A stretch of DNA of 49,493 bases. Origin: an uncultured bacterium. GTDB lineage: Bacteria > Bacillota_I > Bacilli_A > RF39 > UBA660. Within the stretch, counting starts at the first letter, position 1, and each line of letters begins with the position of its first letter. Under the pieces are notes generated by a model that saw only the letters and a program-made list of their open reading frames with translations, made no database searches and was not told the origin of the DNA. A program made the position numbers and the translations under genes. The stretch covers positions 1-49,493 of the forward strand of contig CALMHN010000068.1 of assembly GCA_937863745.1 (NCBI GenBank), read 5' to 3'. Shown here one piece after another: positions 1 through 10,276 of this stretch.

Positions 1-1070
1 AATATATATATTTTATTTAAATAACTAAAGTTCCATTCAAAATAAGTTAATAGTTGTTTCTCACCTAAATTAGCATTATAAGAATATAGAGAATCTCCAA
101 CAATATAATAAATAGTTGAATCTTCTACTTCAACAATATCATTTACTTTTTTATTAGATATTTTTATTTTATTTGACGAATTATAATAATTCATAAATAG
201 TGTATTATCAATTAAACTAAAATTATATAGATTATTATAATTAAATGTTATTGTATTATGTACTAACTTACTTAATAAGATTGTTGTCTCACCTTTATCA
301 TAAAAAGTCGCCATCTCACCTTTATCTACTTTTTCTATCTTCTTTTTACTAATATTTAGCTTATATTCAACTGAATTAGTTTTATCTAATAGATATACAT
401 AATCACCAATTGCCCCAAGGAAATAAGATTCAAAGGAAATATCATAGTTTATTTTCCATTCATTAAACTTATTACTTGTTGAATCATATATATAAAATTT
501 ATTAAACGTTCTAGTTTGATCATAATCAGGAATTATTAAATAATTACCAATTTCGTAAGATAAAGAATTATCATACTTTTCATTACTTAAAACATTTAAA
601 GTATCTCCTGTTAGTAAATTGTTAAAACCAAATCCATTCCAAATTAGATATGTTTTTGTATTATCATAAATACTAACATTGTTTACTTCGTCTACCTTAT
701 TATTTGACTCTTCGGAATTAAATCCAGCTAAATATGGACTTAGATATGAATTACCATCATTACATACGGTATCCGTGGTACTTGAAAAAACATTTAAACT
801 TAAACATGTAGATGAATCAGTTGTGTTATAATTAATAGACTCTACAAGTTTTCTTTTAGTAGTATATTTATGTTTAAAAGCAAAATCATATTGTTTATCA
901 TTAAATTTTACATTGTACGTATAATACAAATTATCTTTATTAAAACTCTCAGTTATTTCATAATTATCAATATTATATTCTAAACTATAAGACTTATCTC
1001 TATAAAGATATATTGTTATAGATAATAAAAATATAAATATAGTAACTAGGAAAATAATTAACTTTTTCAT
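1..1070 (-). CDS. hypothetical membrane-anchored protein, first 356 codons (C-terminus lies beyond the left window edge)
   Basis: Absent from the ORF track because there is no stop in the window. Hand translation from ATG at 1070..1068 (MKKLIIFLVTIFIFLLSITIYLYRDKSYSLEYNIDNYEITESFNKDNLYY...) stays open to base 3. Hydrophobic N-terminal helix. ATGA start/stop overlap with ORF 1067..1519. Confidence 0.6.
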   Translation of the reverse strand, partial: MKKLIIFLVTIFIFLLSITIYLYRDKSYSLEYNIDNYEITESFNKDNLYYTYNVKFNDKQYDFAFKHKYTTKRKLVESINYNTTDSSTCLSLNVFSSTTDTVCNDGNSYLSPYLAGFNSEESNNKVDEVNNVSIYDNTKTYLIWNGFGFNNLLTGDTLNVLSNEKYDNSLSYEIGNYLIIPDYDQTRTFNKFYIYDSTSNKFNEWKINYDISFESYFLGAIGDYVYLLDKTNSVEYKLNISKKKIEKVDKGEMATFYDKGETTILLSKLVHNTITFNYNNLYNFSLIDNTLFMNYYNSSNKIKISNKKVNDIVEVEDSTIYYIVGDSLYSYNANLGEKQLLTYFEWNFSYLNKIYI

Positions 1071-1519
1071 AGACTATTTGGCTTACCTAGTTGAGCATAT
1101 TCCTTTTTCTTTTCAGTCATGAATTCGGTTATTACCGTTTCCACTTCTGGTAAGCTTGCCTTATCTAAATCAGATACATAAACTATTTCTTTTATTGTAT
1201 CAATAGCTATGGTTCCCCAAAAAATACCTGAATATACTGATAAATCATTATAAAGATCTGGAGTTATAGATACAAATTTATATCCTGGAAGAATATATTT
1301 TTGCCCTAATATTAATCTTTCTGAAGTAATAGCTACTACAACTGTATTGCATAAACTCCAGGTTATATTATCATATTGTCCTGCAAATACATACAGTAAT
1401 TCTTCATCTGGATTTAAATGCTTATCAATAATTGAACAATGTCTTTTAACTCTCCATGATACTCCATGAGGATATTTGTCTAAAAATAGTTTTAGCTTTT
1501 TATAAGTAATTCCATGCAT
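1067..1519 (-). CDS. bacterial PH-domain (YokE-like) protein
   Basis: 150 aa. The pattern LNPDEELLYVFAGQY...VVVAITSERLILGQK resembles bacterial PH/YokE-like domains. Translationally coupled to the downstream gene. Confidence 0.45.
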   Translation of the reverse strand: MHGITYKKLKLFLDKYPHGVSWRVKRHCSIIDKHLNPDEELLYVFAGQYDNITWSLCNTVVVAITSERLILGQKYILPGYKFVSITPDLYNDLSVYSGIFWGTIAIDTIKEIVYVSDLDKASLPEVETVITEFMTEKKKEYAQLGKPNSL

Positions 1520-1520
1520 T

Positions 1521-2336
1521 TTAGTCCTCCTTTAAGACTTTCAAATCTTGTAATTTACTAACGTACTCATTATATGAGTAATAGCCTTTGATACAACCTA
1601 CTGTTTTACCATTTTGAATAACTAGGGTCATTGGTGTTGCAAATCCCTTAGTTAATGTTGTCTCTTGATTAGCTTTAGTACACTCAGCTGGTATTTTTAA
1701 ATCTAAATTTATTATTTTAGAATATAGTAGTGAATCCATGGTTGATGAATTAATATAATATATATCAATGTTCTTTTCTTCAACTACCTTATTAATAACA
1801 GGCTCTAATAATTTGCAATATGAACATGTATTTGATCCAAATACAGATACTGTAAGGTTTCCGCTATTAAGGATATCATCAAAGTCATCAAAGTTCGTTG
1901 GTGTTGTATATTTTGCTTCACTAGAAGGTATTTCATTGTAGAAATATTTTTTTACATATTCTTCAAAATTATCGTTAGATATCTCATTAGTAATAATACC
2001 TTTGATTTTTCCTTCAACATATAAAATGTAATATGGTTTTGTTTCTTCTGTAACTGAAGTACTAAGTGTTGCATTCAAATATTCATTTAATTCATCATTG
2101 CTTACATCCATTTTATATACTTTAGCATCAAATTTGGTTCTAAGATTCTTTATATTTGTTTTGGCATTTGAATCCATGTCTCCAACAAATACAACTGAAT
2201 ATTCATTACCTACTAAAGATGCTATATTATCCAAATTAATATTCTTCACTTTAGATGATAGTATTTTATAAGTTGCAAAACTACCAACTAAAATTAGTAT
2301 TATTACAATTAAAATTATTAATTTCTTATTATTCAT
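1521..2336 (-). CDS. membrane-anchored thioredoxin-fold protein
   Basis: N-terminal TM helix (LIILIVIILILVGSF). C-terminal thioredoxin-like CxxC (FGSNTCSYCKLLEP) and a cis-Pro-like TPMTL. Confidence 0.6.
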   Translation of the reverse strand: MNNKKLIILIVIILILVGSFATYKILSSKVKNINLDNIASLVGNEYSVVFVGDMDSNAKTNIKNLRTKFDAKVYKMDVSNDELNEYLNATLSTSVTEETKPYYILYVEGKIKGIITNEISNDNFEEYVKKYFYNEIPSSEAKYTTPTNFDDFDDILNSGNLTVSVFGSNTCSYCKLLEPVINKVVEEKNIDIYYINSSTMDSLLYSKIINLDLKIPAECTKANQETTLTKGFATPMTLVIQNGKTVGCIKGYYSYNEYVSKLQDLKVLKED

Positions 2337-2430
2337 AATATTCCTCGATTAAATATATTATACTTTATCAAGTCTATTTTTACCACCAAATAAATTATTA
2401 TTTACTATAATTTAGAAATAATAACTTTTA

Positions 2431-2458
2431 AAATAAAAAACCAACTATTTCTAGTTAG
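2431..2458 (-). terminator. intrinsic terminator downstream of ssrA
   Basis: On the minus strand: CTAACTAGAAATAGTTGG hairpin followed by TTTTTTATTT. Confidence 0.55.
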
Positions 2459-2473
2459 TTAGTACTTTCTAAA

Positions 2474-2834
2474 TGGTGGAGTCGAGGAGAATTGAACTCC
2501 TGTCCACATTACTCTTTTAAGTAGCGTCTACAGGTTTAGTTAGAACTAAAATTTTCGTTATTTATGAATGTGTCTAACAAACTGATAAATACTTATTCTA
2601 CTAAATTTTCATTTATAATACATAGAAGATATTATAAACATATTTCATATTTATGAACCTTTAATAAAACTATGAAAAATTCTATTATTGGCGCTCAATC
2701 GCTATATTAAGCGAATGCTAGAGCAGTATTAAAATTCTTATTGTCAGTTAAAATTAAACTGTTGGGACATAAGGATTATCCCTACCACCTGCAACTAAAT
2801 CAAGACTGTAACATGTCGAAACCTGGACGACCCC
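2474..2834 (-). ncRNA. ssrA: tmRNA (transfer-messenger RNA)
   Basis: Minus-strand 5' end GGGGTCGTCCAGGTTTCGAC. 3' end GGACAGGAGTTCAATTCTCCTCGACTCCACCA (T-arm plus acceptor plus CCA). Acceptor stem has a G3-U pair. Internal tag frame GAC AAT AAG AAT TTT AAT ACT GCT CTA GCA TTC GCT TAA = (A)DNKNFNTALAFA. Confidence 0.92.
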
Positions 2835-2843
2835 AGTAACAAT

Positions 2844-2872
2844 ATATTATCAAATAATGATTATTTAAGCAA
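2844..2872 (-). promoter_or_regulatory. sigma-A type promoter for ssrA
   Basis: Minus strand TTGCTT-17 bp-TAATAT, ending about 9 nt upstream of the tmRNA 5' GGGG. Confidence 0.55.
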
Positions 2873-2873
2873 A

Positions 2874-3164
2874 TTACTTTGATTGATTATTATTAACATC
2901 AATAATTAATTCACCATCTTTAGTATATAGGAATTTTTCTCTAACATATTTAGCAACATATTCGGGATCCTTTAATTTACTTATTTGATCTTCTAAATTA
3001 TCTTCATTGTCTACTAATTCGGTATATTGAGTCTCTAAATCTTTTTTTGCTTGAATATTTTGAAGAATTTGTTGCCACGTTGAAAAGCAATTATATGTAA
3101 CAAACGATATAATTCCTGCAATTATACATAAATAAACAAATATTCTTAATCTAAATTTGCCCAT
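2874..3164 (-). CDS. divIC: septum formation initiator (FtsB/DivIC family)
   Basis: 96 aa. N-terminal TM helix followed by a coiled coil, then the C-terminal motif DPEYVAKYVREKFLYTKDGE typical of DivIC/FtsB. GGAG RBS. Confidence 0.65.
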   Translation of the reverse strand: MGKFRLRIFVYLCIIAGIISFVTYNCFSTWQQILQNIQAKKDLETQYTELVDNEDNLEDQISKLKDPEYVAKYVREKFLYTKDGELIIDVNNNQSK

Positions 3165-3280
3165 ATAAACTCCTTCATTATTAGTATACTTATAATAAAA
3201 CGATTTTTAGGCAAAAATAATATTAAAATATTATTCTTTACATGTTTTTTTACACAATAAAAGGTATACTTTAGTATACC

Positions 3281-3568
3281 TTATTCTTCTTCATCAGTTT
3301 GAGGTTTATTTTTTTCTTTGTCGTATTCCTTCAAGATTGCTTCTGTGAATAATTCACGTGCTTCTTGATTAATTGGATGGGCAATATCTCTATATTCACC
3401 AGGTGCTATTTGTTTACTTGGCATTGCAAGGAACAAACCATCATTACCTTCCAAGATTCTAATATCATGTACAACAAATTCATCATCTATTGTAACTGAT
3501 GCAAATCCTCTCATTTTTGAATTTTCCTTTTCGATTACTCTAACTCGAACATTAGTTATTTTCATCAT
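3281..3568 (-). CDS. spoVG: septation protein SpoVG
   Basis: MKITNVRVRVIE...GFASVTIDDEFVVHDIRILEGNDGLFLAMPS is the canonical SpoVG sequence. Confidence 0.92.
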   Translation of the reverse strand: MMKITNVRVRVIEKENSKMRGFASVTIDDEFVVHDIRILEGNDGLFLAMPSKQIAPGEYRDIAHPINQEARELFTEAILKEYDKEKNKPQTDEEE

Positions 3569-3628
3569 GTCACCTCTCTATAATTAATTTTATTATATTC
3601 TTAATTATTCTAAAAAGCAATATATGAT

Positions 3629-4405
3629 TTATTTATAAGATTTTACAATATTTATATATGTACTACATGGTAAATCCTCAGCACGATTATTTAGAGAGAA
3701 TCCTTCTTTCTTTAATATCTCTTCTAGTTGTATTAAGTCATAGGATTTTAAATTGTTTCTTAAATTCTTTCTTTTAAATTGAAAAGCATCATGTAATAAA
3801 TTATTAAATTTAATTAAATTTACATCTTCTCTAGGTTTGTTTGTTAAACTGATAACGGCTGAATCCACATTTGGTATAGGCTCAAATAAATTTCTATTTA
3901 CTTTGAATTCTTTAGTTATTTTATAATAATAATTTAATAGTACTGTAATACTTCCATATTCTCTAGTATGAGGTTGTGATGAAAAACGATCGGCAACTTC
4001 TTCTTGAATCATAAATATCATTTTTGTTGTATTTAAATTAGAATTTATGATTTTAAGGATTATTGGAGTTGTAATGTAATAAGGAAGATTTCCAACAATG
4101 TATAGCTTGTCATAAGAATACTTTGATAAATCATCTGTAATATCTCTATTAAGAAAGTCCTCATAAATAACATCTAATTTATCTGGATCTAGTTTATCTA
4201 AATAAGTTTTTGTATCTTTATCTATTTCATAAGCAAGGACTTTACCTTCCTTTTTTACTAATTCTTTTGTTAGTGCACCGGTTCCTGGACCAATTTCTAT
4301 AATTAGATCATTAGGTTTGCTATCAATTAAACGTGCTATATTAACTATAACGTTATTATCCTTTATAAAATTCTGCCCAAATTTCTTCTTAAAATCAAAT
4401 CCCAT
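3629..4405 (-). CDS. rsmA: 16S rRNA (adenine1518/1519-N6)-dimethyltransferase
   Basis: KKFGQNFI start, SAM motif IIEIGPGTGALT, catalytic GNLPYYITTPI. Confidence 0.92.
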   Translation of the reverse strand: MGFDFKKKFGQNFIKDNNVIVNIARLIDSKPNDLIIEIGPGTGALTKELVKKEGKVLAYEIDKDTKTYLDKLDPDKLDVIYEDFLNRDITDDLSKYSYDKLYIVGNLPYYITTPIILKIINSNLNTTKMIFMIQEEVADRFSSQPHTREYGSITVLLNYYYKITKEFKVNRNLFEPIPNVDSAVISLTNKPREDVNLIKFNNLLHDAFQFKRKNLRNNLKSYDLIQLEEILKKEGFSLNNRAEDLPCSTYINIVKSYK

Positions 4406-4452
4406 TTAAATCACCTCCTTTATATTATTAATTAAATAAAAAAAATGCAATG

Positions 4453-5004
4453 TTAATTTGCATTTCTTGTCCATCCATATCTTAAAACATCATACGTTAT
4501 TCGTTTTCTTCCAATGGTTGTTGTTGCAATATCGTTTGAGCTTACTAACATATCAAGACTTGTACCTGTTACTCCGCGATCAAGAACGATTCCATATATA
4601 GGATCGCTTGATATAGAAGATACGTTCATTCTAACAATTGAACCACATGATAAATTTTTTGATGATGCTAGGATATAAACATTTCCATATGTACTATCAT
4701 TGTATGATGTAGTTCCATTACCAACATAAGCACCTGTGCATCCAAGATATCCACTACAAAGAGGACAATTTGCAACATAACCTGTTAAGTCTCCTGTATA
4801 AGTATCCAATGGATAATTTATATCAGCTAATTGCATTTCATTATACTTCATTGCCATAGCCGTAAGATCTAATGTTTTATTTATGTTTTCATTACTAACT
4901 TTATCTTTTTCATTAATAATATTAACTTTTTGCAAAGAAAAAATGAAAACAAAGATTAAAGTAATTTTTATAATACTTGATATATTTTTATATACTTTAT
5001 TCAT
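4453..5004 (-). CDS. secreted 3D-domain (YabE/MltA-like) protein
   Basis: Signal-anchor helix. The C-terminal pattern CGSIVRM...IYGIVLDRGVTGTSLDMLV resembles a 3D domain. Sits in the tatD-yabE-ksgA position seen in Bacillus. Start moved to the ATG at 5004, which is preceded by AAGGTGAG. Confidence 0.5.
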   Translation of the reverse strand: MNKVYKNISSIIKITLIFVFIFSLQKVNIINEKDKVSNENINKTLDLTAMAMKYNEMQLADINYPLDTYTGDLTGYVANCPLCSGYLGCTGAYVGNGTTSYNDSTYGNVYILASSKNLSCGSIVRMNVSSISSDPIYGIVLDRGVTGTSLDMLVSSNDIATTTIGRKRITYDVLRYGWTRNAN

Positions 5005-5042
5005 TGTTCTCACCTTATAAGTAAATTTTAACATTGTAGTGT

Positions 5043-5789
5043 TTAAATGTCAAAGAGATTATGAACGTTTTCCTCAGTAATTTGGCCAATTTCTTCAAGC
5101 GTTTTACCTTTTAAATCTGCTAAAAATTCTGCAATGATTTTTATGTTTTTAGGTTCATTAGTTTGTCCCCTTAAAGGTGTTGGCGCTAGGAATGGAGAAT
5201 CGGTTTCTAAAATAATTCTATCCAAAGGTAATTCTTTGATAACGTTTTTTATCTTAGCATTAGTAAATGTCATTACACCACCTATACCAAAGTAAAATCC
5301 CATATCCGTTAAAATATTAGCTGTTTCAAGTGATCCACTAAAACAATGAATTACTCCTTTTACATTATGCTTCTTTAATGTTTCAATAGTATCTTCCGTT
5401 GCATCTCTCATATGAACTACAACAGGAAACTTATATTGTTCAGCAAGAGACAATTGATAATCAAATAAGGCTAATTGCTTATTCTTATTTGTAGGATTAC
5501 TATAATCTAATCCTATTTCACCAATGGCAATAAACTTATTGTTAGTTATATTGGATTCCACTATTTTTTTAAATTTTGATTTGCTATCTTTATAATTTTC
5601 TGGAAATATACCTAAGCAGGCATAAACATTATCATATTTATTTCCTAATTCAATAACTTCGTCACATGATTTTAAATCATCAGCTGCAACTAATATTTTA
5701 TTTATTCCGTTTTCATTTGCTCGCTTTATTACGGATTCTATATCTTCATAATACTCTTTATATAAATGAGCATGTGTATCTGTAAACAT
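5043..5789 (-). CDS. tatD: TatD-family metal-dependent DNase/hydrolase
   Basis: FTDTHAHL start, GEIGLDY, HMRDA, HCFSG and ETDSPFL motifs. Confidence 0.9.
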   Translation of the reverse strand: MFTDTHAHLYKEYYEDIESVIKRANENGINKILVAADDLKSCDEVIELGNKYDNVYACLGIFPENYKDSKSKFKKIVESNITNNKFIAIGEIGLDYSNPTNKNKQLALFDYQLSLAEQYKFPVVVHMRDATEDTIETLKKHNVKGVIHCFSGSLETANILTDMGFYFGIGGVMTFTNAKIKNVIKELPLDRIILETDSPFLAPTPLRGQTNEPKNIKIIAEFLADLKGKTLEEIGQITEENVHNLFDI

Positions 5790-8700
5790 TATTTCTCCTT
5801 TGTCATATTTATTATTTCGTCTAATAATCGTACTTCATAATAAATAAAATGCTTATCTAAATCAATTAGGGGTAAACTGATTTGGATTCTTTTAAAACTG
5901 TATTTTAATCGATATTTAATATTTATATTATAGGTAATTAAGAAGAGTTTTTCCCCATCTATTTTATTAGATACATCCTCAGGTAATTCAATTGTAATTA
6001 ATGTATCAGTTTTTGTTACATGAGTAATATTTAATTTATTAGCAAGTTTTTCAAACCATTCTTCATACATATAAATTTCCATATCTTGACTAATTTTTCC
6101 AAACCTATCTTCTATCTGACTCTTAATGTCTTCAAGAGATTTTTTATCGGTTATTTCATTAATCATTTTATGAATTTCAATCTTTAATGATTCTTCTTCT
6201 ACATAATTGTCTGAAATGTGGTTAGACACTTCTATTAGAGGTGCACTATCTTCTTCATCTTCAACAACTTCACCCTTAATTCTCTTCATTTCATCGTTAA
6301 CCATTTGTGTATATAATTCAATACCAACTGAATCAATAAATCCTGCTTGTTCACTTCCAAGCATATTTCCGGCTCCACGGATACTTAGGTCACGCATAGC
6401 TATTTTATAACCTGATCCAAGCTCTGTAAAATCTTTAATACTCTGTAATCTTTTAACGGCTATATCATTTAAAAGTTTCCCTGGATTATACATTAAATAA
6501 GCATAGGCAATTTTATCGCTTCTACCTACTCTTCCACGTAACTGATATAACTGAGCTAAGCCAAATGTATCAGCATTTATTACTATTAAGGTATTAACAT
6601 TAGGTATATCAATTCCTGTTTCTATAATAGTTGTGCACAATAAAACATCATAACGTCCATTTACGAAGTCTTCAATTACACTTTCAATTTCGCCTTTTTC
6701 CATTTTCCCATGGGCAATGCAAATTTTTGCTTCAGGTACTAATTTTTGAATTTTAACACGATAATCTTCAAGATTAGTTACACGATTATATAAAAGGAAT
6801 ACTTGTCCATTTCGGGACATTTCCTTATATATTGCATCTTTAATAATAACATCATTTTCTTCAAGTACATATGTCTGTACAGGGTAACGGTTTATTGGAG
6901 CTGTATCAATAATAGATAAATCTCTTAAACCGGACATTGCCATCTTTAAAGTCCTTGGTATTGGTGTCGCTGAAAGGGTTAAGACATTGATGTTGTTTTT
7001 AATTTCTTTAATCTTTTCTTTTTGAGAAACACCAAATCTTTGCTCTTCATCGATAATTAATAGGCCTAAATTCTTATATACTAGACTTTTATTAAATAAT
7101 TTGTGTGTTCCAAATACAATATCAATTGTTCCCTTTTCTAAACCATCCATAATCCTATTAAATTCTTTAGTAGTAGTAAATCTATTTAGTAAAGCTATAT
7201 TTATAGGAAATTCTCTAAATCTTTCCAATGATTTTTCATATTGTTGTTTTGATAATAATGTAGTTGGGCATAGATAGCAAACTTGAAAACCGTTGATAAC
7301 CGCTTTAAACATTGCTCTAAAAGCTACTTCAGTTTTACCAAATCCGACATCACCACATAGTAATCTATCCATTGGCACAGGACTTTTTAAATCTTTGTCT
7401 AATTCTTTAATACATTTTGTTTGATCGGATGTTTCATCATATTCAAATTGACTACCAAATACCTCTTCATCAGGATAAGTATTAAATATTGGTCCCTTTG
7501 TATTTGATCTTTCGGCATATAATTTTATTAATTCGTCGGAAATATCATGAATTCTACTATTAACTTTTAATTTTGTCTTTGCCCAATTTGATGAATTTAG
7601 TTTATTTATATGAGGCTTAGTTCCATCTTTATCAGCATATTTATAAATTGTTGTTATTTTTTCAACAGGAATATATACTTTATCATTTCCTAAATAATTA
7701 ATGACAATGTAATCTCTAATTAAGCCATTTTTTTCAATTGCTTTAATGCCTCCATAGACACCTATTCCATGAACAACATGTACCACATAGTCGCCTATTT
7801 TTATATCATTAAAGTCTTTTATCTTAGTTCCCATCCTTAGAGAACTTCGATAATTTGTATATATTCTTTCATCATCTATATTATATTCTGAAATAACTAC
7901 GTGATTATCTATTACAAAGCCATCATTAATTTTTTTATTTATAATATTAATTTTATTAGCTAAATGGGAGTTAACACTCGCTTCAGGTAATAATTCACTT
8001 ATTTTATTTATTTGTTGCTCTTTTGATAAATAAATTTCTACTGTATTGTTCTTAACTTCACTTTTACAATAATCAACAAATTTATCATAGTCACCTTTAA
8101 AATTAATCATTGGCTTAGAATTATAAATTAAAGACCCTTTTATATTATTGATGGTTTCTATATCAATATATTTATCTTGTTTTATTTCATCCAAGGAATA
8201 CATAAATCTAGTATCATCAGGAAATCCTTTTGAATCACGATAATCAATTACATCTTTATATAATTTTTCATATTCATTTAATATTTGATTTCTATTGATA
8301 TTAAATACCATAGGATTATTTAGATAATCTAAAATGTTACTATGAATACTTGTATGTAACTCATCTATTGGTAGAATTTCGCATTTATTTATTTCATTAA
8401 TGGATAATTGGGATGATTCATTAAAAAATCTTATGGAATCTATTTCATCACCAAAAAATTCCATCCTTATTGGATGATCATATTCTATTGGAAATATATC
8501 GATTATATAGCCTCTTAAGGCATACTCTCCTGTGGTTGTAACTGTTGATGTCCTTTTATATCCAAGGTTTTCAAGTTTTTCAATAAGTTCTTCTCTTTTT
8601 ATTTCATCATTCTTATTTAATTTAATATTAGATTTATCATTTTCTTCTTTATTTGGTAAATATCTTAAATAGCCCATTAGATTAGTAACAACAATACTCT

Positions 8701-8995
8701 TTTTGTTTTTCTTTATACTTTGTAGGGTTTCTAATCTTTTAATTTTTAAATCAGGTGATAAAGCTATGGCAACAGATGCTAAAAAATCATCCATTGGAAA
8801 AAGATAAACATCGGAATTGTATGTTCTTAATTTTTGGTATACCATGTTTGAATCATATAAAGAATTAGTTAATATAAGTATATTTTCATCGTGATTAATA
8901 AAATAATGATAATAATATAATATTAATAATTCATCAGTTAGTCCACATACGGTTCCTTCATTTTTGTATTGAAATATGTCATCTAAATAATCCAT
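5789..8995 (-). CDS. mfd: transcription-repair coupling factor
   Basis: 1068 aa. Walker A GDVGFGKTEVA, DEEQRFG, SATPIPRT, QLRGRVGRS and a TRG-like region. Confidence 0.95.
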   Translation of the reverse strand: MDYLDDIFQYKNEGTVCGLTDELLILYYYHYFINHDENILILTNSLYDSNMVYQKLRTYNSDVYLFPMDDFLASVAIALSPDLKIKRLETLQSIKKNKKSIVVTNLMGYLRYLPNKEENDKSNIKLNKNDEIKREELIEKLENLGYKRTSTVTTTGEYALRGYIIDIFPIEYDHPIRMEFFGDEIDSIRFFNESSQLSINEINKCEILPIDELHTSIHSNILDYLNNPMVFNINRNQILNEYEKLYKDVIDYRDSKGFPDDTRFMYSLDEIKQDKYIDIETINNIKGSLIYNSKPMINFKGDYDKFVDYCKSEVKNNTVEIYLSKEQQINKISELLPEASVNSHLANKINIINKKINDGFVIDNHVVISEYNIDDERIYTNYRSSLRMGTKIKDFNDIKIGDYVVHVVHGIGVYGGIKAIEKNGLIRDYIVINYLGNDKVYIPVEKITTIYKYADKDGTKPHINKLNSSNWAKTKLKVNSRIHDISDELIKLYAERSNTKGPIFNTYPDEEVFGSQFEYDETSDQTKCIKELDKDLKSPVPMDRLLCGDVGFGKTEVAFRAMFKAVINGFQVCYLCPTTLLSKQQYEKSLERFREFPINIALLNRFTTTKEFNRIMDGLEKGTIDIVFGTHKLFNKSLVYKNLGLLIIDEEQRFGVSQKEKIKEIKNNINVLTLSATPIPRTLKMAMSGLRDLSIIDTAPINRYPVQTYVLEENDVIIKDAIYKEMSRNGQVFLLYNRVTNLEDYRVKIQKLVPEAKICIAHGKMEKGEIESVIEDFVNGRYDVLLCTTIIETGIDIPNVNTLIVINADTFGLAQLYQLRGRVGRSDKIAYAYLMYNPGKLLNDIAVKRLQSIKDFTELGSGYKIAMRDLSIRGAGNMLGSEQAGFIDSVGIELYTQMVNDEMKRIKGEVVEDEEDSAPLIEVSNHISDNYVEEESLKIEIHKMINEITDKKSLEDIKSQIEDRFGKISQDMEIYMYEEWFEKLANKLNITHVTKTDTLITIELPEDVSNKIDGEKLFLITYNINIKYRLKYSFKRIQISLPLIDLDKHFIYYEVRLLDEIINMTKEK

Positions 8996-9002
8996 TGTTC
9001 TC

Positions 9003-9548
9003 CTAATTATATTTACACATTAATTTATCTATATCATTATAGTTAAAATTTTCAATAATATTGTAAACATCATTTAATCTCTCATTAATTAATGTAATAT
9101 CTGACTTTGATAATTTACCTAATACATAATCTTTTGTATCGATACTTCTATCTTGAGATACGCCTATTTTTAAGCGAATGAAAGCATTTGTACCTAAACA
9201 ATTAATTATATCTTTTATACCATTGTGTCCTCCGGCAGAGGAATTAATCTTAATCCTTATTTTGCCGACACTTAAATCTAAATCATCTTGAATAACAAGA
9301 ATATCTTTTATATCTATTTTATAATAATCAACATATTCTCTTACTACGCCACCAGATAAATTCATATAACTTAATGGTTTTAAAAATATATATTTTTCGC
9401 CATTTATATTTTTCTCATAGTAATAGCCATTGAATTTCTTAGACCATTTTACATCTCCAAGGTAATTATCTAACATATAAAAACCCATGTTATGTCTTGT
9501 TAATTCATATTCTTTTCCTGGATTTCCCAATCCTACAACTAATTTCAT
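9003..9548 (-). CDS. pth: peptidyl-tRNA hydrolase
   Basis: MKLVVGLGNPG...TRHNMGF...GGHNGIKD. Confidence 0.95.
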   Translation of the reverse strand: MKLVVGLGNPGKEYELTRHNMGFYMLDNYLGDVKWSKKFNGYYYEKNINGEKYIFLKPLSYMNLSGGVVREYVDYYKIDIKDILVIQDDLDLSVGKIRIKINSSAGGHNGIKDIINCLGTNAFIRLKIGVSQDRSIDTKDYVLGKLSKSDITLINERLNDVYNIIENFNYNDIDKLMCKYN

Positions 9549-10276
9549 AAATTACCTCCAAATATATTCTTATATGTCTTTAAATTGTGATTTAAAACCA
9601 CTGGCTTATCTATATTAACATAACTTTTCCCATTGTAAATAGCTTCAATTAAAATGAATACACATTTAGATTCATCATCGTTATATATGGGAACCAGTCT
9701 TTTTAAACCAAATTTGTTATTTTCAAGTTCTATTATTATGTCGCTTAAACGTTCAGGTCTATGAACCATGTAAAGATATCCACCATTTTTTAGCATATTA
9801 CTAGATATACTAATAATATTTTCAAGATTAGTTTTTATTTCATGTCTTGCAATAGATTTTATATCATCTTTATTTTTAAAACTATTATCGTATACTTTAA
9901 AGTATGGTGGGTTCACTGTGACAACATCAAAACTATGTAATGGTAATACACTACATAGTTCATTTACATCTTTATTTAACATATTAATGTTTGTTATATT
10001 GTTATACTTAATTGATTCAATGGCCATATCATAAATGGTCTTTTGTAATTCAACACCAGTTATTTCTATTTTGCTTCCATATTTACTAGATAGAATCATT
10101 GGTATTGATCCATTTCCAGAGCATAAATCAAGAACTTTTTTATCATTAGCTCTTAAATTAACGAATTCTCCTAATAATACTGAGTCAACTGAAAATTTGA
10201 AATAATTGGGATTTTGAAATATTTTATAGCCATAGTCAAATAAATCATTTAATTCATTATTTTCCATGTGAATCAT
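9545..10276 (-). CDS. SAM-dependent N6-adenine methyltransferase (YabB/TrmN6-like)
   Basis: SAM motif VLDLCSGNGSIP and NPPY motif VTVNPPYFK. Position downstream of yaaT matches Bacillus yabB. Confidence 0.75.
   Translation of the reverse strand: MIHMENNELNDLFDYGYKIFQNPNYFKFSVDSVLLGEFVNLRANDKKVLDLCSGNGSIPMILSSKYGSKIEITGVELQKTIYDMAIESIKYNNITNINMLNKDVNELCSVLPLHSFDVVTVNPPYFKVYDNSFKNKDDIKSIARHEIKTNLENIISISSNMLKNGGYLYMVHRPERLSDIIIELENNKFGLKRLVPIYNDDESKCVFILIEAIYNGKSYVNIDKPVVLNHNLKTYKNIFGGNL

Noticed and set aside
1-2473. Genomic island or prophage remnant integrated at the tmRNA 3' end
   Set aside because: No integrase, phage genes or duplicated ssrA 3' segment is visible in the available 2.4 kb. 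The idea is kept only as a note to extend the contig.
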